64,000 nt of DNA from assembly GCA_017456285.1 (NCBI GenBank), contig JAFTJQ010000069.1:3380-67379 (forward strand). Direction: 5' to 3'. How positions within the stretch are numbered: the first letter of the stretch is position 1; each line of letters begins with the position of its first letter. Below, one piece after another: positions 1 through 9,809 of this stretch. Under the pieces are notes generated by a model. The model searched no databases and had not been told where the DNA came from. It saw only the letters and a program-made list of their open reading frames with translations. The position numbers and the translations under genes are program-made. Source of the stretch: Lentisphaeria bacterium. GTDB taxonomy: Bacteria; Verrucomicrobiota; Lentisphaeria; Victivallales; Victivallaceae.

Positions 1-1518
1 GCCGAACTCGATCACTGCGGCTTCAGTGTTGATGCGGAGATGTTTCTTGCCGCTATGACTGCTCAAGCGATAGTGGCAAAAAATCGAGAAGAGATTTTTG
101 AAGCCGGCTTATCGGTCTTGCCCGAAAATTCAAAGGTGCGTGAAGTTTTTGCCAAAGTCTGTGAAATTCATGAAAAAATTTCCGATATTAAGCAGGCTTG
201 GCGGTGCATTATCCGCCATTACGGAGATCGTGATGCCTCAAAAGCAATCACCAATTTGGCGATTGTCCTGCTTGCCTGGCTCAAAAGCGAAAACGATTTG
301 GTTAAAGCACTTTACTACTGTTCCTGCATGGGATACGATGCTGATTGTACCGCAGGTACTCTGGCGGCTCTGCTCGGTGCTTGGCGGGGAAGTAAATGCT
401 TCCCGGTCGAATGGAGCGAAAAAGCTACCGAAAATATCGTTTGCTGGATTGCAGTACGACACAAAAATTCAACATTGTCCGAAGTGGCAGTTGATACCGC
501 TTTGCTGGGCTTGGAAATGAGCATGAGCCGCAATGATTTATGCAAATTTACCAATGCTCCTAAATGTGAAAATATCAGAACTGCTCCCGGGAAAAAACTT
601 CGCTGGAGCGTAAAATATGCTGATGATGAACCTGTACTCTATGCAGAGAAATCAACCGATATCACTTTGATTTTAACTAATTATACCGCCAAAAATTTTT
701 ACGGGTCGATTAAACTTGACCTACCCGATAATATTATAACAACTTCGGAAATTCCGCACAACTTGGCGATAAAAGTCGGAGAATCAAAGGCGATAACTCT
801 CTCATTCAGGCGCAAAAACCCTCAAGCCCCCTTGCCTGATAAAAATCTATTTACTATAACTTTTGAAGCCGATGACGGTACAATTTGCCGAGAAATTTTC
901 GGCTTGAACGGTGCTCGTCAATACTTACTATATGGCCCATACTGGTCAGTTTATGACAAAGAAAAATACGATAGTTGTCCATTTTCAGGAGAGGGAAAAA
1001 ATCAAAACCCTGCTGCCGTCGGCTGCTGCGGAGATGCTTATTTCCATTACCAATATCACGATGAAGAATATTTGGACGAAAAGCGTTTGAGCAAAGAAGA
1101 CATCCTTGAAGAAGTTCCAATGTATTTAGAGAGCGGAGTTGACCTGCTTTCCGGAGACGACTTCGGGCGTTATCATGGTTCAGGATGTTGGTATTTAAGC
1201 AGAACTTTCTCAATTCCGGAGGGTGTCAGAGTTTGCATACATTTAGGGCGTACCGGGGCTTTAAAAGTTTGGCTCGATGGCGAACTTGCTGCTGATTGTC
1301 CGAAATATCACAACTATTCAGCCAGCGAAACCGATAGAATGTTTTTCACCGCCACCGGCAAAAAACAGCGTATTGTTATTAAATTAACTTCGCCGGGAGA
1401 TGAAAGATTTTTAGCGATGTATTTTCAACATGTTGACCACGATAAAGTTAGAGGAATTTCATATTTACTCGACTCTATGACTGATTATGTGCCGCAAAAT
1501 TATGTCGATTTCAAATAA
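1..1518 (+). CDS. ADP-ribosylglycohydrolase family protein with ~300-aa C-terminal beta-sandwich-like extension (5-prime partial, runs off window edge)
   Basis: Frame 1 is open from nt 1 (AELDHCGFSVDAE precedes the first Met at 40). GYDADCTAGTLAALLGAWRG resembles the C-terminal D-x-D-[ST] metal-binding helix of ADP-ribosylglycohydrolases. TAA stop at 1516-1518. Confidence 0.6.
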   Translation, partial: AELDHCGFSVDAEMFLAAMTAQAIVAKNREEIFEAGLSVLPENSKVREVFAKVCEIHEKISDIKQAWRCIIRHYGDRDASKAITNLAIVLLAWLKSENDLVKALYYCSCMGYDADCTAGTLAALLGAWRGSKCFPVEWSEKATENIVCWIAVRHKNSTLSEVAVDTALLGLEMSMSRNDLCKFTNAPKCENIRTAPGKKLRWSVKYADDEPVLYAEKSTDITLILTNYTAKNFYGSIKLDLPDNIITTSEIPHNLAIKVGESKAITLSFRRKNPQAPLPDKNLFTITFEADDGTICREIFGLNGARQYLLYGPYWSVYDKEKYDSCPFSGEGKNQNPAAVGCCGDAYFHYQYHDEEYLDEKRLSKEDILEEVPMYLESGVDLLSGDDFGRYHGSGCWYLSRTFSIPEGVRVCIHLGRTGALKVWLDGELAADCPKYHNYSASETDRMFFTATGKKQRIVIKLTSPGDERFLAMYFQHVDHDKVRGISYLLDSMTDYVPQNYVDFK

Positions 1519-1546
1519 AAATAATTTACATAGGAGATAATTATTT

Positions 1547-1825
1547 ATGAAACTTAAACAAATTTTTCTCGTATCTATTTTAGGCATAATTACCGCTTTA
1601 AGTGCAGAAGACCCTTTTGGGACAGTGATTCTTAACGGCGGAAAAATCATCCCCAGAAGTTTAACTATGGTCGCATCAAGTAGCGAACACATGAATTTCT
1701 GCTTCGCTCAAAACTTCCCCGATGGCTCAATTTATATGAACCATTCCGAGGGTATTCACACCATTAGAGAGTACAGCGTTTGGCGCCGCTCTTTTGATAA
1801 TGGCAAAACATGGATGTTACTTTGA
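1547..1825 (+). CDS. 92-aa signal-peptide protein fragment with one BNR/Asp-box (SFDNGKTW); probable remnant or upstream half of a frameshifted gene
   Basis: AGGAG-type RBS (taggagata) lies 8 nt upstream. N-terminal hydrophobic signal-like segment. There is a single S-x-D-x-G-x-T-W Asp-box, but far too little sequence for a propeller. Ends at TGA 1823-1825 directly after CTT. Confidence 0.35.
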   Translation: MKLKQIFLVSILGIITALSAEDPFGTVILNGGKIIPRSLTMVASSSEHMNFCFAQNFPDGSIYMNHSEGIHTIREYSVWRRSFDNGKTWMLL

Positions 1826-2312
1826 AATTCAGGATATTGCCGAAAGACCGTATCCGATTTTGCACTTGGTATTCAAAAGTCAGGCATCACCATACAAATT
1901 CGCCCATTACTTCAAAGATATTGAGGAGAATATCAGCAAAATTGAAGCCGCCTGGGAAGTCCGTATTTCCGATATGAGTTTGGATAATCCGCAATTCAGA
2001 GTGCTTGTGGGTTTCGCTAAAACCAAAAGCTTCACCTATGTATGCATCGGCAAAAATCACCTTTGGATTTTAGACAATAATAAACTTGCTAAAATTCCTT
2101 TCAATGCAGGAAATAATTTTAAATCTTTCATTCTTAAATCCGATGCCAATACAAATACATTCTCTCTCCATGAGGACAACAACCCGAAAGTTTTGTATAG
2201 CGGCAAATTGACTCCCGATAAAAATATGATTAACAAAATAAACTTCGGAGATGGTTCAGGACTCATTCACGGAGAAGTTGATTTATCATATTTCGGCTGC
2301 AATATAGAATAA
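1800..2312 (+). CDS. jelly-roll/LamG-like tail fragment ending in the FGDGSG motif; +1 frame relative to the preceding ORF
   Basis: No SD-like sequence before ATG 1800 (or TTG 1794). C-terminus KINFGDGSGLIHGEVDLSYF matches the C-termini of the 1083-aa and 931-aa secreted proteins in this window. Confidence 0.35.
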   Translation: MAKHGCYFEIQDIAERPYPILHLVFKSQASPYKFAHYFKDIEENISKIEAAWEVRISDMSLDNPQFRVLVGFAKTKSFTYVCIGKNHLWILDNNKLAKIPFNAGNNFKSFILKSDANTNTFSLHEDNNPKVLYSGKLTPDKNMINKINFGDGSGLIHGEVDLSYFGCNIE

Positions 2313-2319
2313 CAAAGAC

Positions 2320-2353
2320 AAAAAGCAACCGAGCAAAATCGGTTGCTTTTTTT
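2320..2353. terminator. bidirectional rho-independent terminator between convergent genes
   Basis: aaaaa-GCAACCGA-gcaaaa-TCGGTTGC-ttttttt. Perfect 8-bp GC-containing stem flanked by an A-run and a T-run. Confidence 0.7.
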
Positions 2354-2361
2354 CTCTCAAC

Positions 2362-4119
2362 TTAACTCTTGTACCACTTGGGGATACCATGATTGCGGAG
2401 GTAATCAAAAACTTTTTTGCGACGACTCACAATAACTTCCCGATTGGCAATCAAATTTATATCCCGATAGGGCAAGCCTGCTGTGGAAAATCGAGTAATT
2501 TTGTAATCTTTTTCACTCAAAGGATTAATAATTTCACTCGCCGACAAACTGCTGATAGTTCCTCCCTTTTTGCGGCCTACGGCAGGAGTTTCACCGACAG
2601 TAAGTTTAGCTCGAAGCAACGCGCCTCGATAGGCAAAATTGGCTGAATAACTGCAAATAACTCCGTTTGCTGTCAAATGTTTTGCCAATTCACGCACAAA
2701 ATCATAACTCCAAAGTTCGATATTGCAATCAGGCGAAAACCCGTCATGAAAAACCATATCATACTTATTTGTCAAACTTTTAATCGTCGTTCTCGCATCA
2801 GCCAAATACATTTTAATAGTGAAAAAGTTTCCGCTGACTTCTCCATTTTCAATCAATTGCTCAAGCAATTTTAATTCAAAACTTCCCTCTTCATAGATAT
2901 TTTTTGCCGCAATCAATACCCGCTTATCCAATTCCAGAGAATCAATAAAAAGATGATTTGATTTCAATTTCTCCGCTTCCAGTGCCGCCCCAAAAGCATT
3001 TACTCCAAGCCCGAAACCGACATCCAGCAAGCGGCAATCGGATTTTTTCAGCCGCTCAACAAGTTTGCAGGGAATAATAAACTTCTCTTTTGCCTCACTC
3101 GCAGCACCGACCATTGAGTGAAAATTCTGCTTGAACATCGCATTGTACATGGTAAAAGAACCGTCATTAGTTTTTATTTTAACGAAATCCTGATTTTCTG
3201 TCTCAGCCTCTTCAAAATACTTTAAGAAAAATTCTCTGAACTGTCCTTTTTTCATCAACCACTTCGGTCCGACAATATCCTGCAAATCACTGTCCGCATT
3301 CAATCTCATAATTAAGATATTTTCAGGTAATTTACGCAAGAATTTTTTAGCAATTTCCGCATATTCATACTCATTAAGAAGCGGAGTAATCTCCCGGTAT
3401 TCCGCAAAATTCCGATACAATGGAGTGTTTTTAAGCAGCATTAATTGATGAAGTTTAATTGCCTCAAATCCTAATTTCGCTATATCCTCGGCACTTCGGA
3501 GCATGGTATTTACATCCTCCCCGGGCAACCCTAAAATTATATGACAGCCGATATGGAGATTCTGAAAATTTTTAATTCTTTTCATGCAATCAATTACACA
3601 CTTGAAATCATGACCTCGATTTATTCGCTTCAAAGTTGCATCACAACTTGTTTGAACTCCCAACTCCAACCAAATTTCGTAGCGGCTGCTTAAACTTGAC
3701 AGGTACTCCAAAACTTCGTCAGGCAATGAATCCGCCCTCGTCCCGATTATTAAAACTCGGAAATCCGCTTCACTTAAAACGGTCTCATAGAGTTTTTTTA
3801 GCCTCGCCAATGGAGCAAATGTCGATGTAAAACTTTGGAAATAAGCAATATACGGCCCCTGATCATTATATCGCTCAAAAATATACTTTTTTCCTGCCTC
3901 AACTTGCTTAATCAAATACTCCGTCTCGTTAAGTTGTTCATAGGCAAATAATTGCTGCAAGTGTCGCGCTTTGCTGCCGTCCTCGGAACAGAATATACAA
4001 CCGTCTCCGAATTGATTTTTTCGATTCGGACACCCCAAATTAAGGTCTATCGGCAAACGATAAAGCTTCTTTCCATATTTATTTTCAATATAATTACTAA
4101 AAAAATTCAAATTCTTCAT
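2362..4119 (-). CDS. fusion protein: TIGR01212/COG1242-type radical SAM domain (N-terminal) plus MnmC2/MnmD-like (DUF752) SAM-dependent methyltransferase domain (C-terminal)
   Basis: N-terminal LNLGCPNRKNQFGDGCIFCSEDGS (CxxxxxxxxxxCxxC typical of the YhcC/YtqA family). C-terminal TNDGSFTMYN..FHSMVGAASEAKEKFI..LLDVGFGLGVNAF..VFHDGFSPDCNIELWS..ICSYS..GRKKGGTI matches hallmark blocks of the MnmC methyltransferase domain. Confidence 0.75.
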   Translation of the reverse strand: MKNLNFFSNYIENKYGKKLYRLPIDLNLGCPNRKNQFGDGCIFCSEDGSKARHLQQLFAYEQLNETEYLIKQVEAGKKYIFERYNDQGPYIAYFQSFTSTFAPLARLKKLYETVLSEADFRVLIIGTRADSLPDEVLEYLSSLSSRYEIWLELGVQTSCDATLKRINRGHDFKCVIDCMKRIKNFQNLHIGCHIILGLPGEDVNTMLRSAEDIAKLGFEAIKLHQLMLLKNTPLYRNFAEYREITPLLNEYEYAEIAKKFLRKLPENILIMRLNADSDLQDIVGPKWLMKKGQFREFFLKYFEEAETENQDFVKIKTNDGSFTMYNAMFKQNFHSMVGAASEAKEKFIIPCKLVERLKKSDCRLLDVGFGLGVNAFGAALEAEKLKSNHLFIDSLELDKRVLIAAKNIYEEGSFELKLLEQLIENGEVSGNFFTIKMYLADARTTIKSLTNKYDMVFHDGFSPDCNIELWSYDFVRELAKHLTANGVICSYSANFAYRGALLRAKLTVGETPAVGRKKGGTISSLSASEIINPLSEKDYKITRFSTAGLPYRDINLIANREVIVSRRKKVFDYLRNHGIPKWYKS

Positions 4120-4191
4120 AGCATTTTCTCAAATTTAATGTACATTAATGTAATACAACTTTTTTATTTTGCAAGAATGGATTATTAAAAA

Positions 4192-5751
4192 ATGTCAGAC
4201 AAACAAAAAAATTTTTTGAAAAGCACATTAGGTACGGCTTTTGCAACTTTCATCAGCCGAATTTTAGGTTTAATCAGAGTTATGCTCGAATCACGAGTAT
4301 TAGGCGGCGGTACTGTCGCCAGTGCATGGGGATTTGCCTTTACTATTCCGAACATGTTTAGAAGGATATTCGGAGAAGGCGCTTTAGGCACGGCATTAAT
4401 TCCGATTTTGGTGCAATTAGAGGCACAGGAGGGAATTGAAAAAACTCGCAAAAACTTGGGAATTGTGTTTACTTTTTTGAGTTTAATTTTGGCAATCATT
4501 GTTCTGTTAATTAGTGTAATTGCCATTATTTGCGAAAAGTTTGTCACTACTGAACATATAAAACTCGGACTTAAATTATTGCCGATTTTAATGCCTTATG
4601 CGTTTTTTATCTGCCTGGTCGGTGTGGCTCAAGCAATTTTGAATTGCCGAAAAGTTTTCGTCCTCCCGGCTTATGGGGCTTTAATCCTAAATTTCATGCT
4701 CATCAGCACTTTAGGGCTATTGGCTTATTGGCAGAAAGATTGGAAATTTGTTTTAGATTCTTTAAGCACTATGGTATTAGCCGCAGGAGTAATACATTTA
4801 GCGTTGATGATAATTTTAATGAAATACTATCGAATTTTCCCGGATTTCAAATTTTCTGAAATTGCTAAAAAACCGATTTTAATGACAATTTACAAAAAAA
4901 CTCTGCCGGGAATAATCGGCGGAAGTGTATTGCAATTAAGCCTGTTAATCGACCGCTTTTTGGCAATGTTTATCGGGACAGAAGCACTGCCCGCTATGAC
5001 TTATACAGAGAGAATTGTCTATCTGCCGATCGGAATTGTTGCAATTTCTTTCGGTTCGGTACTGCAAGTAAATATGGCAAAATCAGTAGCGGCTAAAAAT
5101 AATCAGGAGATTATTGATGATTTAATTTTCGGATTGCGGCATGTTTTTTTTCTCTGCGTACCGCTGACATTTTTTATTTTGCTCTTCCGATACGATATAA
5201 TTATATCGCTATTTTACAGCGGTAATTTTACAATGAACAATGTGCAAGCAACCGCTTGGGCGATGCTTTTCTACAGCCTCGGAATATGTTTTTTCTGCAC
5301 ATTGAAACTGGTAACTCCGTTATTTTTTTCAAGAGGAGACATGGTAACTCCGCTCAAAAGCAGTATTGCGGTTTTAATTTTCAATGCTATTTTGAGTTTC
5401 ACGCTCATGTTTCCCATGCAGCAAGGCGGTATAGCATTGGCAACTGCAATTTCAAGTTTGGCAAATAATGCGATACTGCTTTGGATTTTCAGCAAACAAT
5501 GTTTCCCTATTCCGCTTAAACGCACTCTCAATGCTCTGGTCAAAGCACTAATTGCAACTCTAATCGCCCTCAATATCTATTGGGCAAGTCGGATGTTTGA
5601 TTTAGCAAGTTACAGCCAGGCAATCAGATTTGTAATTTTAATCGCAGAAGCAGGAGTTTTCGGGATAATCTACTTGGGCTCAAGTGCGTTACTCAAAAAT
5701 CAGGAACTTTCTGAACTTTTCAACCATTTACTGCGGCGTCGCAAAAAATAG
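4192..5751 (+). CDS. murJ: lipid II flippase MurJ (MviN family)
   Basis: 519 aa, polytopic. N-terminal FISRILGLIRVMLESRVLGGGTVASAWGFAFTIPNMFRRIFGEGALGTALIP is the conserved MurJ N-terminus. Confidence 0.85.
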   Translation: MSDKQKNFLKSTLGTAFATFISRILGLIRVMLESRVLGGGTVASAWGFAFTIPNMFRRIFGEGALGTALIPILVQLEAQEGIEKTRKNLGIVFTFLSLILAIIVLLISVIAIICEKFVTTEHIKLGLKLLPILMPYAFFICLVGVAQAILNCRKVFVLPAYGALILNFMLISTLGLLAYWQKDWKFVLDSLSTMVLAAGVIHLALMIILMKYYRIFPDFKFSEIAKKPILMTIYKKTLPGIIGGSVLQLSLLIDRFLAMFIGTEALPAMTYTERIVYLPIGIVAISFGSVLQVNMAKSVAAKNNQEIIDDLIFGLRHVFFLCVPLTFFILLFRYDIIISLFYSGNFTMNNVQATAWAMLFYSLGICFFCTLKLVTPLFFSRGDMVTPLKSSIAVLIFNAILSFTLMFPMQQGGIALATAISSLANNAILLWIFSKQCFPIPLKRTLNALVKALIATLIALNIYWASRMFDLASYSQAIRFVILIAEAGVFGIIYLGSSALLKNQELSELFNHLLRRRKK

Positions 5752-5780
5752 AATCTTTTCCGTAAGTTGAAGTTATAAAT

Positions 5781-7064
5781 TTAATCCGCAGGATAAATTT
5801 TTACATTCAAGGCTTGAAGTTTTTCCAGCAACCGCTCATAACCACGGTAGGTAACATTGATATTATTAATCTGACTTACCCCCTTGGCACAGGAGCCTGC
5901 TATAATCATTGCCATACCTGCTCGAATATCAGGGCTCGGCAGATTTGCCGCATAGAGTTGCGATTTACCTGAAATTACCACTCGATGCGGATCGCAGACA
6001 ATCGCATTCGCCCCCATAGCAATCAGGCGGTCAACGAAATAAATTCTACTTTCAAACATTTTTTCAAAAAATAATACCGTCCCCTGAACTTGAGTTGCCG
6101 CCACAATCGTACAACTCATCATGTCAGAGGGATACTGCGGCCAAGTACCGTCGGAAATACAAGGAATTTGACCGTCAAAATCTTTCTTTACACAGGGATT
6201 CTGATTGCCGGGGACAAAAATTGTATTGTTTTCAGGGTGCAAATCAATTTGAACTCCGAGCCGTTCAAAAACTCGTCGGGTCATCCAGAAGTGACGGGTA
6301 GTTACCCCCTCAATAGTAATTTCACTATTATTCGCAACCGCAAGTGAAATAAAACTTGCTCCCTCAATATGGTCAGAAACGACTGTATATTCACAACCAT
6401 GAAGCGAATCAACTCCCTCAATCGTTATGACATTACCGCCCTGCCCTGAAATTTTAGCTCCCATTTTATTGAGCATATCCGCCAAATCAACCACATGCGG
6501 TTCACAAGCGGCATTGTACAATGTAGTCGTACCTTTTGCCAAAACTGCCGCCATCAAAATTTGTTCAGTAGCAGTCACACTTGCTTCATCTAAAAATAAT
6601 TCACGACCGCAAAGCCCATTTGCCGCAGTGAAATCATAGCAATTTTCGCTATTAATCGACGCCCCTAAAGTTTTAAGTCCGTAGATGTGACCATCAAGTC
6701 TTCTCCGTCCGATTACATCTCCCCCCGGGGGATAGAGAGTTGCTTTGCCGAATCTCGCCAGAAGCGGAGCGGCAAAAAGAATTGAAGTGCGGTTTTTGTT
6801 GCAAAGTTCACGAGAAATTTCACTTTTATCAACCTTGCGATTGGAGATAACCAGCCGATTATTGCTGAAATCATACTCTGCCCCCAACGCAACGGCAATA
6901 TCAAGCATTGTCCGTACATCCAAAATATCAGGAACATTATTGAGAATCATCTCATCATCAGTCAATAAAGTTGCGGCAATCATCGGAAGTACCGCATTTT
7001 TGTTTCCGCTGATACGGACACTTCCCTTGATCTCTGAACCGCCCTCAATTTTTACCGAATTCAT
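5781..7064 (-). CDS. murA: UDP-N-acetylglucosamine 1-carboxyvinyltransferase
   Basis: 427 aa. KIEGGSEIKGSVRISGNKNAVLPMIAATLL and overall EPSP-synthase-fold length; ends YRGYERLLEKLQALN, typical of MurA. Confidence 0.93.
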   Translation of the reverse strand: MNSVKIEGGSEIKGSVRISGNKNAVLPMIAATLLTDDEMILNNVPDILDVRTMLDIAVALGAEYDFSNNRLVISNRKVDKSEISRELCNKNRTSILFAAPLLARFGKATLYPPGGDVIGRRRLDGHIYGLKTLGASINSENCYDFTAANGLCGRELFLDEASVTATEQILMAAVLAKGTTTLYNAACEPHVVDLADMLNKMGAKISGQGGNVITIEGVDSLHGCEYTVVSDHIEGASFISLAVANNSEITIEGVTTRHFWMTRRVFERLGVQIDLHPENNTIFVPGNQNPCVKKDFDGQIPCISDGTWPQYPSDMMSCTIVAATQVQGTVLFFEKMFESRIYFVDRLIAMGANAIVCDPHRVVISGKSQLYAANLPSPDIRAGMAMIIAGSCAKGVSQINNINVTYRGYERLLEKLQALNVKIYPAD

Positions 7065-7087
7065 AAAATTGCTTTCCGATCTGTTTT

Positions 7088-9634
7088 TTAATTAGCAACG
7101 ATATTTACCAAACGACCGGGGACACAAATTACCTTGCGAATAGTTTTAGTTGCAATTGCATCGGCGACAGCAGGATCACTCAAAGCAACTTTCTCCATCT
7201 CTTCTGCACTGAGATTTGCTCCCATCATCAAGCGGGCTTTTGCTTTGCCGCAAACTTGAACGAGAATTTCAACTTCGTCAATGACCAAATATTTCTCATC
7301 AAATTCAGGCCATGCTTCGTAAGCAATTGTATTCTCGTGTCCGAGTGTTTCCCACAATTCCTCGCCCAAGTGCGGTGCAAAACAGCTCAACATTTTAACA
7401 AACTTCTCTGCCATTTCACGGGGAAATTCACTTACAGTAGCATATTCATTGACGAAAACCATCATCTGACTGATTGCAGTATTGAAGTTCAAAGTCTCCA
7501 AATCCTCTGTAACTTTTTTCACTGTCGCATGGAGCAAACGGAGTTCATCTTTGGTAAGTTCACGGTCAATAATTTTAGCTTCACTAATCATGCGGTGTGA
7601 GCGTTTAATAAAGCGGAATACACCCTCAACGCCTTTGGTATTCCACGGTTTAACCGCTTCCAATGGCCCCATAAACATCTCATAGAGACGCATTGAATCG
7701 GCACCGTACTCCTTGATAACATCGTCAGGATTAACGACGTTACGCAGTGATTTAGACATTTTAGCAGGAAATTCAGTAAGTTCCTCTTTGGTATCCTTGT
7801 GGAAAGGCTTACCGTCGATAAATTCAACCTGATCAGTCGGAATCAAAACTCCACGAGTGTTTTTGTAAGAAATTCCGAGAATCATACCCTGATTAAGCAA
7901 TCGCTTAAAAGGCTCTTTGGTTGAAACCAATCCCAAATCATAAAGAACTTTGTGCCAGAAACGAGCGTAAAGCAAGTGCAATACCGCATGTTCCGCTCCG
8001 CCGACATACAAGTCAACCGGCATCCAATAACGTTCCTTTGCCAAATCCCATGCCGCATCGTCATTGCAGGGGTCAATATAACGCAAGTAATACCATCATG
8101 AACCTGCCCACTGCGGCATGGTATTATTTTCACGCAAGCCCTTGCGTCCGTCCTTGCCGACATAGTTAAGCCAAGTTTTTGCTTTGCTCAACGGAGGTTG
8201 ACCGTCCGCACTCGGTTTAAAATCTTCCATTTCAGGCGGGCAAACAGGAAGTTCGCTCTCATCGACCAACTCAATTGAACCATCCTCATAATGGATAATC
8301 GGGAAAGGCTCTCCCCAATAACGCTGACGGCTGAAAAGCCAATCACGAAGTTTGTATTTAACTGCAACTTTGCCCAAGTTGCGGGCTGCAAGCCATTCTG
8401 CGGCAGTTTTTTTAGAATCTTCAACATTGAGTCCATTCAAATTCAAACCGTCATCATTGGCACTATTAATCATTTTTCCGTCACCGGTATAACAGACTTT
8501 GCCTGCTAAAATTCCCTCAACATCAACGCCTGCTTCAATCGGTTCCATAATGCACTTAATCGGCAAACCGAACTTCTGTGCAAACTCAAAGTCACGAGTA
8601 TCGTGAGCAGGAACCGCCATAATCGCTCCGGTTCCGTATGAACTCAAAACATAATCGGCAATCCAAATCGGAATTTGAGTATTATTTACGGGGTTAATCG
8701 CATAAGCACCGGTGAAAACTCCGGTTTTAGTTGTAGCAAGTTCGGTGCGGTCAAGTTCGCTTTTTTGAGAAGCTTCATACTGATATTTTTTAACCGCATC
8801 CATCTGCTCTGGAGTGGTGATTTTTTCAACCAACTCATGTTCGGGTGAAAGCACCATGTAGGTTGCTCCGAAAAGGGTATCGCATCTGGTAGTATAAACA
8901 GTAATTTTTTCACCCTTTGTAGTCGTAAAAATTACCTCTGCACCGGTTGATTTGCCGATCCAGTTACGCTGCATTTCCTTGATTCCCTCGGGCCAATCAA
9001 GTTCGTCAAGGTCATTCAAAAGACGCTCTGCATATTCGGTAATTTTGAGCATCCACTGCTTCATCGGGCGTTTCTCAACTGGGTGATTTCCACGCTCTGA
9101 ACGGCCGTTAATAACCTCTTCATTGGCAAGCACTGTTCCCAATGCAGGACACCAATTCACCGCAACTTCGTCCAAGTATGCCAAACCTTTTTTGTGAAGC
9201 TGCATAAAAATCCACTGTGTCCACTTAAAGTATTTACTGTCGGTGGTATTAATTTCACGATCCCAATCGTAACTGAATCCCAAAGCCTGAATCTGACGAC
9301 GGAAGTTATTTACGTTTTTCTCGGTGGTAATTGAGGGGTGAGTTCCGGTTTCAACTGCATACTGTTCAGCGGGAAGTCCGAATGCGTCCCAGCCCATCGG
9401 ATGCAATACATTAAATCCTCTCATACGTTTGTAACGGCACAAAATGTCAGTTGCAGTATAACCTTCGGGGTGTCCGACATGCAAACCTGCTCCTGACGGA
9501 TACGGGAACATATCCAAAACGTAATATTTGGGTTTATCGGAGAAATCAACTGCCTTGAAAGTTTTATTCTCCAGCCAGTATTTCTGCCATTTTTTTTCGA
9601 TTTCGGTAAAATTATATTCTGCCATTTTCTTCAT
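7088..9634 (-). CDS. leuS: leucine--tRNA ligase, single reading frame interrupted by one in-frame TGA at 8096-8098 (ORF halves 8096..9634 and 7088..8086)
   Basis: N-half has [16 protein letters not shown] (HIGH-type motif). C-half has [11 protein letters not shown] (KMSKS). Across the junction the minus strand reads ATG CCG CAG TGG GCA GGT TCA TGA TGG TAT TAC TTG CGT TAT = MPQWAGS*WYYLRY, the conserved LeuS block. Confidence 0.9.
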
Positions 9635-9675
9635 CCTTATATTTTAATTATTAAACAAATACTTATTCAAAAAGT

Positions 9676-9703
9676 AATATACAATCAACTGCATTTAATT
9701 CAA
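9676..9703 (-). promoter_or_regulatory. candidate sigma70-type promoter for leuS-murA
   Basis: Sense strand TTGAAT-N16-TATATT, about 40 nt upstream of the leuS ATG. Confidence 0.35.
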
Positions 9704-9809
9704 GCAAATAAACAAGAAAAAAAGCATATTTTTGAAGATTTTTTCAACACCTCAACTCTATGCTTTCATAGTTCTATGCCGCCATAACGCTATTTCAAAC
9801 CAAACGGCA

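Noticed and set aside
8030-8096. Selenocysteine insertion (SECIS) hairpin downstream of the leuS TGA
   Set aside because: By eye, the only downstream pairing is a weak bulged CCC-UGC/GCA-GGG stem starting about 24 nt after the UGA. It has no typical SECIS apical loop or spacing. LeuS is not a known selenoprotein and the position is not catalytic. It is kept only as a low-probability alternative inside the leuS finding.
7088-9634. Genome-wide TGA reassignment (genetic code 4 or 25) as the explanation for the split leuS
   Set aside because: Every other long gene in the window is intact under the standard code. TGA ends at least three apparently complete genes (22685-23296, 52633-53787 with a TGATAA tandem stop, 62484-63485). 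Reading through the TGA at 1823 gives a frame with further TGAs. One interrupted gene does not support a recoded genome.
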